This document shows, in pieces, positions 8,389-19,903 of a stretch of DNA of 64,000 nucleotides (the stretch's first letter is position 1; each line of letters starts with the position of its first letter). The position numbers and the translations under genes are program-made. The DNA comes from a virus, in IMG/VR virus record IMGVR_UViG_3300037308_000350, positions 6,895 to 70,894 of that record. One strand, 5' to 3'. Below the pieces are notes generated by a model. It was not told where the DNA came from. It worked only from the letters and a program-made list of their open reading frames with translations, and searched no databases.

Positions 8389-11300
8389 ATGGATGAACAG
8401 ACTAATGCCTACATATTTAGGTATAAAATGGAGCAGGAGGGAGCTCAACAGGTAGTTACTGAGCTTAAAAAGCTTAATCAAACTACTGAAGAGGTCTCTA
8501 ACCGCTTAAAAGGTCTTGGAAAGGCTCAAGGCGAAACTAAGACAGCTACAGATAAATCTATAATGTCTTTATCTGATTTTACTAAGGCTATGCGAAGAGC
8601 TGTTATAGTTGCTCCTGTCTGGTATGTTATGCGTAGCGCTATGATGGCATTTTTTGGAGCTCTACAAGAGGGAATGACTTATATGATAGAATGGGAATAT
8701 CAAATGGCTCAAATTAGAGTTGTCAGTAATTCATCCCTTAGCGAAATACAGGCTCTTTCTACAGGATTAATGGAATTAGCAAAAAATTTAGGTGTATCTT
8801 ATAAAGATTTAGGAGAAGGAGCTAAACTTTGGGCTCAACAGGGTAGAGCAATTGGCGAAATAGTTCCTTTAATGGAATCAACAATAAAATTATCAATGCT
8901 TTCTGGGCGTAGTATTACTGAATCTGTAGAGGATTTAACCGCAGTAATGAAAGCTTTTGGAATAGAAGCCTCAAATACTATGAAAATAGTAGATACTCTT
9001 GAGAATGTTGAGTTAAAACACGCCATAACTGTTCAAACATTATCAGGCGCTTTAAGAAATTCTGCGTCAATAGCAGAACAGATGGGAATTAGTTTTGAAA
9101 AGTTAACTGGTATTATAACAGCTACGCACGTTGTTACTCGTTCTTCTGGAGAAAAAGTAGGAAATGCTTGGAAAACTATTTTTTCAAGAATGGCTACTTC
9201 AGGAACAGAAGCAATTAGCAAAATGGCAGATATTCCAGTTTTTTTAGATGAAGCAGGGAAAGAATCAAAAAATCAGACTTTAAATTTTAGAAATCTTGGG
9301 GATATTCTTACCGAGTTAGCCCTTAAATGGGATACTTTAACAAAAGCTGAACAAAATAATTTAGCCGATAAAATAGCTGGCAAAAGACAAATAAACGAAT
9401 TCTTAGCTTTTATGGGTAATTATAAAGAATCTTTAAAAGCAGAAGCAGATGCTTTATTTAGTGTAGGAAAAGCAAATCAGGCTGTTAGTATTTTACAAGG
9501 CACTTTAAAAATAAGAACAGAAGCTTTAAAAAATAGTTGGGTTAGTTTTGTAGGAACAGTAGCAAATACAGATGTCTATAAAGATGCTGTTAGTGGTTTT
9601 TCTATAATGTTAGATTATTTTTCAAATAGGATTGATAAGGCTGGAGCTAAATATAAAGAGAGTATGAAGGAAATAAATAAAACAATTAGTGATGCGCAAG
9701 CGGATTTATCTAAAGTAGAAGGTGTTCAAACTTTAACTGAAAATTTAAAGAATTTTAATGAAATTTTAAATAGAACTCAATCAGAAGAAGCTCAAAGGAT
9801 GTCTGCTTATATGGCAGAAGTATATAGACAATCTTTAGCAATAGCAGGAATAAAAATATCTCCTGATGTAAAGAACACCGTAGAATTATATGATGAATTA
9901 TCTAAAATGCTTCCTGAAATGTATCAAAGGCAAATTAAATCTCTTCAACAGGTAAGAGAAGCTAATTTAAAGAGCACTATAGAATCAAGTTTAACCAATT
10001 TTGAAAAAGAATTACGAAGAACAAAGAAAGCTATTCCAGCAACTTTATCTACTGAATTAAAACTTGGAGACCTTGGATTAGCTGGAGCTGATAAACTTAT
10101 TGAAAGAACAATGGATAAACTTCGTTCTGGAATTGCTTTAACAGAAGAAGAATGGACAAATCTAAAAAGAGCTTTTTCTACAGACCAAGGATTGTTTGCC
10201 ATTAAAGAGCATTTAGATATATCAAGTGTAGTAAAATTATACGAAGTTTTAATTAAAGATATGGGAGAATTAGAAAAATTTAGAGAAGAAGGAACAAAAG
10301 ATGTTGAAGCTCAACTAAAGGCTGAGAATGAAAGAAAAAAAGCCCAGAACGCTATAGTTTCTGGAGCAATAAGTGAAGATACAGTAAAAGAAAAAATATT
10401 AGAAATTGAACTTGCTGGTGAATTAGCAGGTAAATCAAGGAAAAAAATATTGGAAGAAATCCTTGATTTACTAAACAAAACAAAAATAATTGAAACAGAA
10501 ACTTCAGATACTATTGATGATAGGTATCAAAAAGAACTTTCTAAGTTAAAAGCCAAACAAAAAGAAGAGCTGTTAGATGCTCAACAGGAATTAGATTTAC
10601 AAAAATTAAGTAGATTAGGATACTCCAATCTTCAAATAGAGATTCAAAGACTTGCTTATATAAAACAAAGAGCTGAAGTAAGTGGAGATGAATTAGAAGT
10701 TCAGAAACAAATATATAAAATTCAAGGTATGATTAATGATGAGATGAATGAATTTGCTAAAACATTACAAGGGTCAGTAAAAGATGCTTTTTCAGAAATA
10801 TTATCTGGAGAAGGAGATGTTACATCTTTCTTTTCAAAGATAGCTGATACTTGGAAATCAACTTTAATAGATACCGCTTCAGAATCTTTATCAAATAGTT
10901 TTATGCAAATAACTGGAGCAGGAGAACCTTTTGGTAAAATTTTTGGTGGAATAAAGAATTTTGGAAGCCCTATTTCAAAAGCTTTTTATGAAGGTTCTAC
11001 AATGACTTATAATGCTATTGTTAGTGCTTTTTCTCAGGGAGCAACATCAGTTCAGGCTGGAGCTATACCCACACTGAGGGGTGGCGCTGGCGGTGGAATG
11101 ATGGGAGGTTTAGGAATGTTTGGAGGTTTATTTGGTGGCGGTGGTAGAATGGTATCTACTGGCTATCAAAATGTAGGTGGACAAGGTTTTGTTCAAGCAT
11201 ATTCTCCAAATTTTATTGGAGGTAAAGCTTCTGGTGGTGGAGGATTTCAAATACCATTTTTATCTGGATTAGGAAAATCCGCAGGAAGTTTCTGGGGAGG

Positions 11301-11757
11301 TCAATCCTATGGTCAAGTAGGTATGTCTGGAGTTATGGGAGCAATTGGTGGTGGAGCAATGTCAGGGAATTGGTTAGGAGCAGGGTTATCTGGTGTTGGA
11401 GCAATGCTTATGGGAACTCCTTTAGCTCCATTAGGTATTGCTACGATGATAGGTTCTTTATTTACTGGTAAAAAGAAGAAATCTACATCAGAAAGTTCTT
11501 GGCAAGCCCAGCAAGCACCAGAGACTCTACCTTTAAATGTTATTACTGGAGGAGCACCATTACCAACAGCTTATCCGTTGCCTTCTTCCAGATATTTTGC
11601 AGGACAGAAACCAACAAATCAACAAAGTAATAATATTACTATTAATATAGAAAAGATTGAAGGAACAAATGAGGATGTCGCCAGTCAAATAGCGGATAAA
11701 GTTTCAGAAATATATTCAAGACAATTAGGAAGAGGATTGAATATCCTTTATCCATAA
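8389..11757 (+). CDS. tail tape measure protein (TP901-type core)
   Basis: Long helical protein with typical LGEGAKLWAQQG, LTAVMKAFG, GEKVGNAWKTIF segments and Gly-rich C-terminus; GAGG RBS favours ATG 8389. Confidence 0.9.
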   Translation: MDEQTNAYIFRYKMEQEGAQQVVTELKKLNQTTEEVSNRLKGLGKAQGETKTATDKSIMSLSDFTKAMRRAVIVAPVWYVMRSAMMAFFGALQEGMTYMIEWEYQMAQIRVVSNSSLSEIQALSTGLMELAKNLGVSYKDLGEGAKLWAQQGRAIGEIVPLMESTIKLSMLSGRSITESVEDLTAVMKAFGIEASNTMKIVDTLENVELKHAITVQTLSGALRNSASIAEQMGISFEKLTGIITATHVVTRSSGEKVGNAWKTIFSRMATSGTEAISKMADIPVFLDEAGKESKNQTLNFRNLGDILTELALKWDTLTKAEQNNLADKIAGKRQINEFLAFMGNYKESLKAEADALFSVGKANQAVSILQGTLKIRTEALKNSWVSFVGTVANTDVYKDAVSGFSIMLDYFSNRIDKAGAKYKESMKEINKTISDAQADLSKVEGVQTLTENLKNFNEILNRTQSEEAQRMSAYMAEVYRQSLAIAGIKISPDVKNTVELYDELSKMLPEMYQRQIKSLQQVREANLKSTIESSLTNFEKELRRTKKAIPATLSTELKLGDLGLAGADKLIERTMDKLRSGIALTEEEWTNLKRAFSTDQGLFAIKEHLDISSVVKLYEVLIKDMGELEKFREEGTKDVEAQLKAENERKKAQNAIVSGAISEDTVKEKILEIELAGELAGKSRKKILEEILDLLNKTKIIETETSDTIDDRYQKELSKLKAKQKEELLDAQQELDLQKLSRLGYSNLQIEIQRLAYIKQRAEVSGDELEVQKQIYKIQGMINDEMNEFAKTLQGSVKDAFSEILSGEGDVTSFFSKIADTWKSTLIDTASESLSNSFMQITGAGEPFGKIFGGIKNFGSPISKAFYEGSTMTYNAIVSAFSQGATSVQAGAIPTLRGGAGGGMMGGLGMFGGLFGGGGRMVSTGYQNVGGQGFVQAYSPNFIGGKASGGGGFQIPFLSGLGKSAGSFWGGQSYGQVGMSGVMGAIGGGAMSGNWLGAGLSGVGAMLMGTPLAPLGIATMIGSLFTGKKKKSTSESSWQAQQAPETLPLNVITGGAPLPTAYPLPSSRYFAGQKPTNQQSNNITINIEKIEGTNEDVASQIADKVSEIYSRQLGRGLNILYP

Positions 11758-11768
11758 GGAGAGCTCAA

Positions 11769-12605
11769 ATGTCTGTAGTGAGATGGAAATTTTTACAAAA
11801 TAAATTATTAAATTTTAGCTTTGAAGATGAAAATAAATCTACTTCTGGGTTAGCTCTTCATTGGGTTAAGGAAGGAACACCAACACTTTCCTTATCAAAA
11901 ATAAAAGCGTATGTGAAGCATAATACATATGCTCAAAAAATAGTTGGAATTTCTTCTGGTGATGGCATAAGCCAGATAGTAGATGTCTCTAATATAGAGG
12001 AAGCAAGTTTTGGATTAAATTTTTATACCTTTATTCAGAGTGGAACTTTAAAAGTAAAAGTAGAAGGGTTAGATTCTGATGAAGTAGTTTTAGGAACTAT
12101 TTTTGAAAAAACTTACTCATCTAACTCTGAATTAACTAAGTATGAAGAAACTTTTGAGGTTTATTTAAGCGCTCAAGTTATTGAAAAATTAAAAATAACA
12201 ATAGCTCAATCAGGAGCGCCAGCGCTTACCTGCTATTTAGATGCAATAATTATATTTGAGGATTTAGATACAACTGTAGAAATAAATCCTACAAGTTTTA
12301 GTTATTCTAAACTATCAACAGCAGAATATCAGCCTAATTTAGATGGCAATGCTATTAAAATTGAGCATTTAGATGAAGGTAAACGGTATCGTTATGAAAG
12401 TATACAACCTATGTGGGTGTGGCTTACAGAGGCACAAAAAAATATATTTGAAAACTATCTGGGTAAAGATTTTATTTTAGTTACTCACGAAGATAAACTC
12501 TTTTGGGTAGATTTAGAATCCATAGAGATTCAATATGTAGAAGAGACTGAAAGACCAAGCTTATATTATGGCGCTACAATGATTTTAGGTTATTGTAGCA
12601 GATAA
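11769..12605 (+). CDS. distal tail/baseplate protein with carbohydrate-binding-like N-domain
   Basis: Directly after tape measure; beta-sandwich pattern. Confidence 0.5.
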   Translation: MSVVRWKFLQNKLLNFSFEDENKSTSGLALHWVKEGTPTLSLSKIKAYVKHNTYAQKIVGISSGDGISQIVDVSNIEEASFGLNFYTFIQSGTLKVKVEGLDSDEVVLGTIFEKTYSSNSELTKYEETFEVYLSAQVIEKLKITIAQSGAPALTCYLDAIIIFEDLDTTVEINPTSFSYSKLSTAEYQPNLDGNAIKIEHLDEGKRYRYESIQPMWVWLTEAQKNIFENYLGKDFILVTHEDKLFWVDLESIEIQYVEETERPSLYYGATMILGYCSR

Positions 12606-12615
12606 GGAGAATAAA

Positions 12616-13080
12616 ATGAACGAATCTATTAAAATTATGGGAAATGTTAAATTAACTCATTTTGATAAAGATAGAAATATTTTATCTATTGATGAAGGAA
12701 AAAATATGGTGGTTAATAAAGGTAAAGAATTTATAGCGAAAATAATCAATGGAGTATCCACAAATGCTTTTAAATATATTGAAGTAGGAACAGGAGCTAC
12801 TGCTCCAGCAGAAGGAAATACTGCTCTTCAGACTCCAGTTACTTCTCCTTCTGGAATGGCAATTCAGTTAGCTACTTGTGAATATGTTACAGATTACAAA
12901 GCTCGTTTATCAGCTACATTTACAAACAATGGTGGAGCATCTATTAGCCTTACCGAATCAGGCGTATTTGATGCTAATTCTTCAGGAAATATGTTATGTA
13001 GAAAGACCTTTGGCTCTAAGACTCTGAATGTAGGAGAATCTCTTCTTATTCAGTGGACTATAACAGTATCATCTTCGTAA
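12616..13080 (+). CDS. tail/baseplate structural protein
   Basis: NMVVNKG..YIEVGTG..TESGVF..LCRKTF..GESLLIQWTIT pattern common in phage tail modules. Confidence 0.55.
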   Translation: MNESIKIMGNVKLTHFDKDRNILSIDEGKNMVVNKGKEFIAKIINGVSTNAFKYIEVGTGATAPAEGNTALQTPVTSPSGMAIQLATCEYVTDYKARLSATFTNNGGASISLTESGVFDANSSGNMLCRKTFGSKTLNVGESLLIQWTITVSSS

Positions 13081-13107
13081 GAGAGTATTTTGTAAGGAGA
13101 TTATAGA

Positions 13108-16100
13108 ATGGCAATTTACACTGTAGGCGCAGGTATAGGCTTACCAAATACCGCAAGGCGTTGCATCGTAAAAACAAGTTTAGGGAAGCTTGTTCTCTTC
13201 GCTTTTACTGCGTCAAGCACAATAAAATATAAAACTTCCTCAGATGGCGGTCAAACTTGGGATTCAAGTTGGACAAGCGTTGTAAGTGGTTATTATGATT
13301 TTGATGTTGTTATTGACGCTTCCAACAATATCCATATGCTCGCCAATACTGATGATCAAAGACCTCATTATATTAAATTAACTTATAGTGGAGGTTCTTG
13401 GACTGTTGGTGGAGCTGTTGAATTAGCTTCTGGAATTTCTTGCTATTCCACTAATATAATGATTTTAGATAATGGAAATATAGTAGCTGGGTGGCGTTCT
13501 GGTATTACAGCCTATTGGAGAACATCAACCGATGGAGGAGCAACTTGGGGTGGAACAAGCGCCCAGAGCGTAGGAACTGTTTGGCAATCAGAATGGTTGG
13601 CTTATGGTAATACGGTATCCTACTTTATTTTAACAGGAAATTTACTCTGTTGGGGAATAGGTGGAAGCGGAGTAACAATTGACACAGGATTACCTACAGG
13701 GTTTAATTGTAATCATATATGCGCAGTAAGAAAAGACAATAATAATATTTGGATAGCGTATAGAACTTCCTCTGGTATAGCGGTAAAAAAGTGGAATGGT
13801 TCTGCTTGGGATGTAAGTAGAACGATGCTATCTGACCACGCAAATGATACAGCTCCAAGTATTCAAATTTTTAACGGACAACCAGTAGTTTCTTGGGTAG
13901 ATTATGATGGAACAAATTATGATATTGCCTATAGAAAATTTGATGGAACTAATTGGGAAACTCAGGTAGATGTAACTTCTGGAGCAGAAGTAGATGGCAC
14001 TCCCAATATGATATTTTCTGAGGCAACTTATTTACTTTTAGGATATTATGCTGGAGGAAATATTAAGTTAGAGGTAGAAAGAGAAGCATTTGATTTAACC
14101 GATGCTTTTAATATTACAGATGAAGTTTTAACCAAATTAGAATTAGATGAACCAGCGTCTTTATCTGATGAAATAGAAGAATTTTTTGTTCCTTCCGTAA
14201 GAAACGTAGAAGCTTTTCAGAGAACTTCTGATGGAAAAGTTGAAATAGATTATGAGGTATTTTTTAACCATTTTTTAACAGGAGAAGACCAAGTAGATAT
14301 TCAACTTCAATATTGGAATGGAACTACTTGGCAGAATTGCACAACTACGGTTGGAGAAGGCTCAAAAACATTAATTGCTGGAGAATGGGTAGTTGGTAGC
14401 GCTGTTTGGGATGCTAAGGCTGATATAAATGGAACATATTATTCAGCAACTAAAATCAAGGTTTTAGCAGGATACTCCAGTCATTATGGGTTTAATGATA
14501 GCCCTGAGTTTGCTTTAGATGTTAAAAATCCAGTAGTAACCTTACTTAATCCTTCGGATGGTTCTTCTCAGTATCTTTTACCCTTTGTTTTTGAAACAGA
14601 TATTGTAGAGAATTCATCTTATCATATTAAATTTCAATTCTCAGCATCAGAAAGTCCTTTTGTTCCAATTATTGAACACGAAGACGATGACATAGAGACT
14701 TGGGATTACACTGAAAATTTAAGACCATTAATGTTTGGACAATGGTTTTGGAGAATTATAGTAGAAGATATTTATCATAACGAAACAACTTCTGCTATTA
14801 GTGATTTTACTTTGTTAGAGAGCGCTACTCAAATAAGAATAGATAGTTTACAAAAATATTATAATGGTTCTGGTATGGTTAAAGTTTTATTTAGTTTAAG
14901 AGATTTAAATAACGAAAAGGTTTCTATAAGATTTGATTATACCACAGATGAAGGATTAACTTATCATCCTGTAAAAGTAGTGTCAGTTTCTTCAGGAACT
15001 ATTTCCCCAGAAGAAGATTATATAACAAATCTTTCGGCTACGCCAGTTTGGATTCAGTATAATGCTGAACTTCAATATGCAACAGACACAGAAATGCAGT
15101 TGATTACAGATGAGTTAATGAAAAAGAATTTAAGATTAAAAGCTCAGGTTATAGTTACCAGAGATGACATAAATTATGATATATCAGACGTAGTTTCTAA
15201 AGTGGATATTGCCAGAAGTAAACAATTTGGTTCAAGCCAAGCAAATATTGGAGTCATTGATAAAGATTTTAAATATAATCCAATTAATGAATCCAGTGAA
15301 GTAAATTTAGTTGGTAGCGCTGTGAATCCTTTAATTTATTTTGGGAACAAGATAAGAGTTATTCATCATTTTTTAACTAATACTGGAGTTAAGTTATTTA
15401 CTAAATTTACAGGCATAATAAAGAATGTAGAAATCTCAAAATCTGGAGCATCAAACGGAATTCAAATAACAGCAATGGACAACCTTCAGAAATTAATAAA
15501 TTATATGCCGAATAATTTAGAGTATAAGACCACAAAGCGGGGAATAGTAAATGAAATACTAAGAACTTTTGATGGAGTAACTTATTTTTCTGAACATACA
15601 AGCTGGGCTGATTATCCAGCGCCAATTATATATTTAAATGGAACGAAAATAGAGCCAGACAAATATATTATTGATTTTGTAAGAGGTCAAGTAATATATA
15701 AAGGAAATGCTTTATCCAAACTTACTACAGATACAAAATTATGCACTAACCCTTCTACGGATAGAAAAACGTGGGTTACTGGCATAGAATTTAATGATTC
15801 CATTTTACCAAAGGTTTATTATGTTTATGAAAAGTATGAAAGGTTTAATTGTAACGATTATACAGGATGGATTTTTCAATGGACAGGATACACTGAAGAA
15901 CTTCACGAATTTGAAGACTACTATATTGATTACACTAATGGCAATGTTAATTTATATTTAGCATTACCAGCAGATAACCCTTCAAGCAATGAAGGAAATA
16001 TAAATAATCAGAGTATAATGATTGTTTATAGACAAACAACTACTTTAAAGGCAACTTATTCATATGAAGTGGAGGGAAGTAACGAAGTAGAGGATATAAT

Positions 16101-19100
16101 AAAAGATTTAGCAATAAGAGCTGGAATAGAATCGGCTGATATGCAAAGAGCCATTTCAGGAGAATTTTTATTACTCAGGGATTCAAAATATTTATATACT
16201 AAAAAGAATAATTTGATTAGTTTTGCTTTATATAGGAATGGAGGTCTTGTTTCTTCGGCTGATTACAATTTAGATTTAAAGGCTGGAAAAGTTACTTTAA
16301 AAACTTTAGATTACAATGACAAAAATAAAATTTTAGATGATTGTGATTATTTGTGGGAAGATGCTGGAGCAGGAGTTGTTCAAAGTAGAGAAGGCACAGT
16401 TAAACGTGAAGGAACTCATTCATTAAAAGTTGAATTCCCTATTACTGAAAGTTATTTAACAAGAGACCTTTTAAGCGATTTATATAATACTTCAGTGGGG
16501 AGTCATAAATTTTTGGAATTTTATATCAAAGGCGAATCTTCTGGAACTGTTTATTTTGAAGTAAGCTACGATAATAGCCATTGGGAAACAAAAGAAGTAA
16601 CTATTAATACAGATTGGCAATTAGTAAGCTGGGATGTTAGCGGATTTTCTGAAGTATTTAAAGATATAAAATATTTAAGAGTTAGAGGAACAAATGTAAC
16701 AGTCTACTTAGATTATATTTATTTGAAAAGAAATCTATATACTTGTAATTATACTTATTGGACTTTACAAGCCACAGAAATAACTCTTTCTAAGGCAGAA
16801 TTAAATTATGAAAATACCGAAAATGCTTTTCAGGGAATTCAAAATCTGCTAAAGAATGTAGCACCAAATTATATTGTTTATATTGATGAAGAGAATAAGT
16901 TTATGGGGTATTACTCTTCTCAACAGTTATTCAAAAATTCAGTTACCTGCTGGAGTAACTTTATGCAGGGAGGTAAAGGGTATAGCAGGAGTTATTATGG
17001 TGAATACTATCAAGTAACTCTCCCTAAGAATTTAGTTTTTAATATAAGTGATGAAGAGGTCTACACAGGAGTGCTTGTTATTGGTAAAAATACTGAACCT
17101 CAAAATGTAGCATTAAAGGGCTTAATGACGGATGTGTGCGCTTGGGTTTCTGGAAAAGGTTATGGAACAGGAACTAAATCATCTTCTAAAGCTGTCTATG
17201 ATAGAGCTAATAAGCCTATGATAGTTGGAGGACAAATTATATTTGAACAGTTAGCGCAACAAAATAGTGAACCTGCTGTTGGTGGCGCTGGTTCAATGAA
17301 TGATTTTGATACCTCAACAGGAATGTTTTGGTATAAAGTCAATACTGCTCCTCAACCTAATCAATTAATGTGCGAATTGGAATTAGATAGAGCTATTCTT
17401 TGGGATAGGATAGATATTTTAGTTGGTTCTTATGATAGCAAGGTAATAAAAGAAGCAATGGTGATTCAAGTTGGAGACGAATTTGGAAATTATTGGTATA
17501 CAGAAAAAAATATGCTTAAGGTTCAGGGTGGAGCTACTGGTTCGTGGGTAACATTTGAAAATAACTTTAATCAAAACATTAAAATAAAATTTGTTAGAGT
17601 ATATTGTAGCGAGCCTTGGTCTTGGACTGTTACTACGACAACTTCTGGTGGAAAAAAGGGTGGCGCAAGCGTAGATGTAACTTATCATTATACTTTTTCA
17701 ATAGCAGAGATTGAAGTTTGGGAAAGAAGCACTCTTATCTCTGAAGCAAGGCTTGATAATTGTCTTTTAGTTGGAGATGGAGTTACTACCGAAGTTTATT
17801 TACCAAATACTCCATTTAAAACTAAAGATTACCTTGAATCTAAATGGGGATGGATTGAAAAATATCCAGAAACTATAATTCTTTATAAAAATTCTTTTAA
17901 TGAAGTTTTAGTGGTTGACACAGATTATACTTATGATAAAACAACTGGTTTAGTTTCATTCTTTACTGCTCCAGAAAAAGGAGATATTATTTGTGGAACT
18001 TGGACATTAGACGAAGTTAATCCACAGGAAACAACTTTTTATGCTTCTTTTGCAAATAAGGATATTTTAAAAAGAATTGGAATTAAACTATATAAGGAAG
18101 TAGATGAGGGATTATATACTCATCAACAGTGTATTTATAGAGCTAAAAGTTTGCTTCCAGAAATGATTAGGTCTATTTATCCTTCAACATTAGAGGTAGT
18201 TTATAGACCAGATGTTACTTTAGGACAATCAATCTTATTAGTTAATGAAGAACTTTCTTTAAGGAGAATATTTTATATTGATTCAATAAATTTAAATATA
18301 GATAGGTTTATTCCAACATTAAGTTTAGGGTTGACTTCATTTCTTGAATTAAAAGATTACGAATATCAAGAAACAGCTCCAGATATTTATAGGGATTGGA
18401 AAATTTATTATCCTCAATATATACCAGCTTACGCAAGTTATACTAATAAATTAGAGCTTCCTCCAGACGCATCAGACAAATTATATTTTACAGCAAATAT
18501 AGCTGTGGAAGCTATGGATGATAATGGGGAAGTAAAAGCGGATTATGCTCAAGAATGTGTATTGGATATTTTAACTTTGGAAGATTCTACTTCTTTTGTT
18601 CTTGCAGAGAATAGAATTAAAGCTGATATGTGGAAAGATGGAAGAGCTGAATTAAGTTTCTTTATTCAATGGAATAGAGATGGTAAAGATGAGACTCCAA
18701 AAATACCAGACGAAATAAGTGATTTATCAGCTCCATATATAGACAAATTAGTTAATTTTAAATTATACGAATCCGATAATCCATTAAAATCAAAAACTTT
18801 TTCAACAAGGGTAAGATTATATTTATATGGAAGTATGAAGGTTAATAAATTTTTTGAGGCTGGAAATTTAGGTTTAGTAACAACCTATAATGATATAATT
18901 AAAACTACGGAAACAACTAAACAGACTTTAGAGGGAAAAGAATATGCAACAGATATTTTTAATACAACCTCTATATTAGGAGCTGATGCTAATTCTCTTT
19001 TAGGTTTTATAAGTAATGGTCAAACTATTTATGCCTTAGTTCAAATATCTACTTATTACTTTAAAGTTAGATATTATGATTGGTTTACCTCCAGTTGGAT

Positions 19101-19893
19101 AGATTGGGGAGACCAATTTTATGCGGAATTTACTCCTTCGTTTATTGGAGTTTTAAATGGAAAGGTGGCTTTTTGGAGAGGAGTCTATAATGAGGGAGTA
19201 TCTTTTTGGGATGGTAAAACTTTAGTTGGAGCGTCTATTTTTTCTGGAGGATTCTATAGATTTTTAATATTCAATAATAAGTTGTATGCTATTAAATGGA
19301 GATTTACAAGTATATCTGACCCAGCGATTGTAAAAATATACAACGAAAACGCTGTATTGGAAGCTACATATTCTCAAGTATTACCATCAGACCCATTTGA
19401 TAATGATAGAGCTAATTTATTTGTCCATAATGGAGTTATTTATAATTTAGGAGATTATGATTACTATGGAAGCCACAAAAGTGTTTTTTGCGTATGGAAA
19501 TGGGATGATACTGCTCACACTTGGTCAAGAATTTATAAATACGAAATAAATACAAAAGAACCTTTAAGGTCAACTATTCCTTTTGACTATAAAGGAAAAA
19601 CATACTTTATACTTTATGGAAGTCAGACAACTGGTGTATCTGGATGGTTTTTGCCAATGCTTTGTGAATATAATTATACAGATAACAAAATATATAGAGT
19701 AGCTTATTTAGTAAATGCCGATTGGGGTTATGAAGGTAGCAGAGAAACTCCTGTAGGAGCAAGAGCTTTATATAGTCAAAAGTTTGTATTTCAATCTAAT
19801 GTTTACTTAGTGGATGGTAATTTAAATGTATTGAATATTACTCATTTACTTACCTATCCAAATAGAGAAGAAGTTTTAGAAAATCAGATTTAA
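13108..19893 (+). CDS. large multidomain tail hub/tip protein (Asp-box propeller, Ig-like, hub, CBM-like inserts, C-terminal propeller)
   Basis: 2261 aa; Asp-boxes TSSDGGQTW, TSTDGGATW, YTTDEGLTY; repeated aromatic blades near C-terminus. Confidence 0.7.
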   Translation: MAIYTVGAGIGLPNTARRCIVKTSLGKLVLFAFTASSTIKYKTSSDGGQTWDSSWTSVVSGYYDFDVVIDASNNIHMLANTDDQRPHYIKLTYSGGSWTVGGAVELASGISCYSTNIMILDNGNIVAGWRSGITAYWRTSTDGGATWGGTSAQSVGTVWQSEWLAYGNTVSYFILTGNLLCWGIGGSGVTIDTGLPTGFNCNHICAVRKDNNNIWIAYRTSSGIAVKKWNGSAWDVSRTMLSDHANDTAPSIQIFNGQPVVSWVDYDGTNYDIAYRKFDGTNWETQVDVTSGAEVDGTPNMIFSEATYLLLGYYAGGNIKLEVEREAFDLTDAFNITDEVLTKLELDEPASLSDEIEEFFVPSVRNVEAFQRTSDGKVEIDYEVFFNHFLTGEDQVDIQLQYWNGTTWQNCTTTVGEGSKTLIAGEWVVGSAVWDAKADINGTYYSATKIKVLAGYSSHYGFNDSPEFALDVKNPVVTLLNPSDGSSQYLLPFVFETDIVENSSYHIKFQFSASESPFVPIIEHEDDDIETWDYTENLRPLMFGQWFWRIIVEDIYHNETTSAISDFTLLESATQIRIDSLQKYYNGSGMVKVLFSLRDLNNEKVSIRFDYTTDEGLTYHPVKVVSVSSGTISPEEDYITNLSATPVWIQYNAELQYATDTEMQLITDELMKKNLRLKAQVIVTRDDINYDISDVVSKVDIARSKQFGSSQANIGVIDKDFKYNPINESSEVNLVGSAVNPLIYFGNKIRVIHHFLTNTGVKLFTKFTGIIKNVEISKSGASNGIQITAMDNLQKLINYMPNNLEYKTTKRGIVNEILRTFDGVTYFSEHTSWADYPAPIIYLNGTKIEPDKYIIDFVRGQVIYKGNALSKLTTDTKLCTNPSTDRKTWVTGIEFNDSILPKVYYVYEKYERFNCNDYTGWIFQWTGYTEELHEFEDYYIDYTNGNVNLYLALPADNPSSNEGNINNQSIMIVYRQTTTLKATYSYEVEGSNEVEDIIKDLAIRAGIESADMQRAISGEFLLLRDSKYLYTKKNNLISFALYRNGGLVSSADYNLDLKAGKVTLKTLDYNDKNKILDDCDYLWEDAGAGVVQSREGTVKREGTHSLKVEFPITESYLTRDLLSDLYNTSVGSHKFLEFYIKGESSGTVYFEVSYDNSHWETKEVTINTDWQLVSWDVSGFSEVFKDIKYLRVRGTNVTVYLDYIYLKRNLYTCNYTYWTLQATEITLSKAELNYENTENAFQGIQNLLKNVAPNYIVYIDEENKFMGYYSSQQLFKNSVTCWSNFMQGGKGYSRSYYGEYYQVTLPKNLVFNISDEEVYTGVLVIGKNTEPQNVALKGLMTDVCAWVSGKGYGTGTKSSSKAVYDRANKPMIVGGQIIFEQLAQQNSEPAVGGAGSMNDFDTSTGMFWYKVNTAPQPNQLMCELELDRAILWDRIDILVGSYDSKVIKEAMVIQVGDEFGNYWYTEKNMLKVQGGATGSWVTFENNFNQNIKIKFVRVYCSEPWSWTVTTTTSGGKKGGASVDVTYHYTFSIAEIEVWERSTLISEARLDNCLLVGDGVTTEVYLPNTPFKTKDYLESKWGWIEKYPETIILYKNSFNEVLVVDTDYTYDKTTGLVSFFTAPEKGDIICGTWTLDEVNPQETTFYASFANKDILKRIGIKLYKEVDEGLYTHQQCIYRAKSLLPEMIRSIYPSTLEVVYRPDVTLGQSILLVNEELSLRRIFYIDSINLNIDRFIPTLSLGLTSFLELKDYEYQETAPDIYRDWKIYYPQYIPAYASYTNKLELPPDASDKLYFTANIAVEAMDDNGEVKADYAQECVLDILTLEDSTSFVLAENRIKADMWKDGRAELSFFIQWNRDGKDETPKIPDEISDLSAPYIDKLVNFKLYESDNPLKSKTFSTRVRLYLYGSMKVNKFFEAGNLGLVTTYNDIIKTTETTKQTLEGKEYATDIFNTTSILGADANSLLGFISNGQTIYALVQISTYYFKVRYYDWFTSSWIDWGDQFYAEFTPSFIGVLNGKVAFWRGVYNEGVSFWDGKTLVGASIFSGGFYRFLIFNNKLYAIKWRFTSISDPAIVKIYNENAVLEATYSQVLPSDPFDNDRANLFVHNGVIYNLGDYDYYGSHKSVFCVWKWDDTAHTWSRIYKYEINTKEPLRSTIPFDYKGKTYFILYGSQTTGVSGWFLPMLCEYNYTDNKIYRVAYLVNADWGYEGSRETPVGARALYSQKFVFQSNVYLVDGNLNVLNITHLLTYPNREEVLENQI

Positions 19894-19903
19894 GGAATTT
19901 AAA

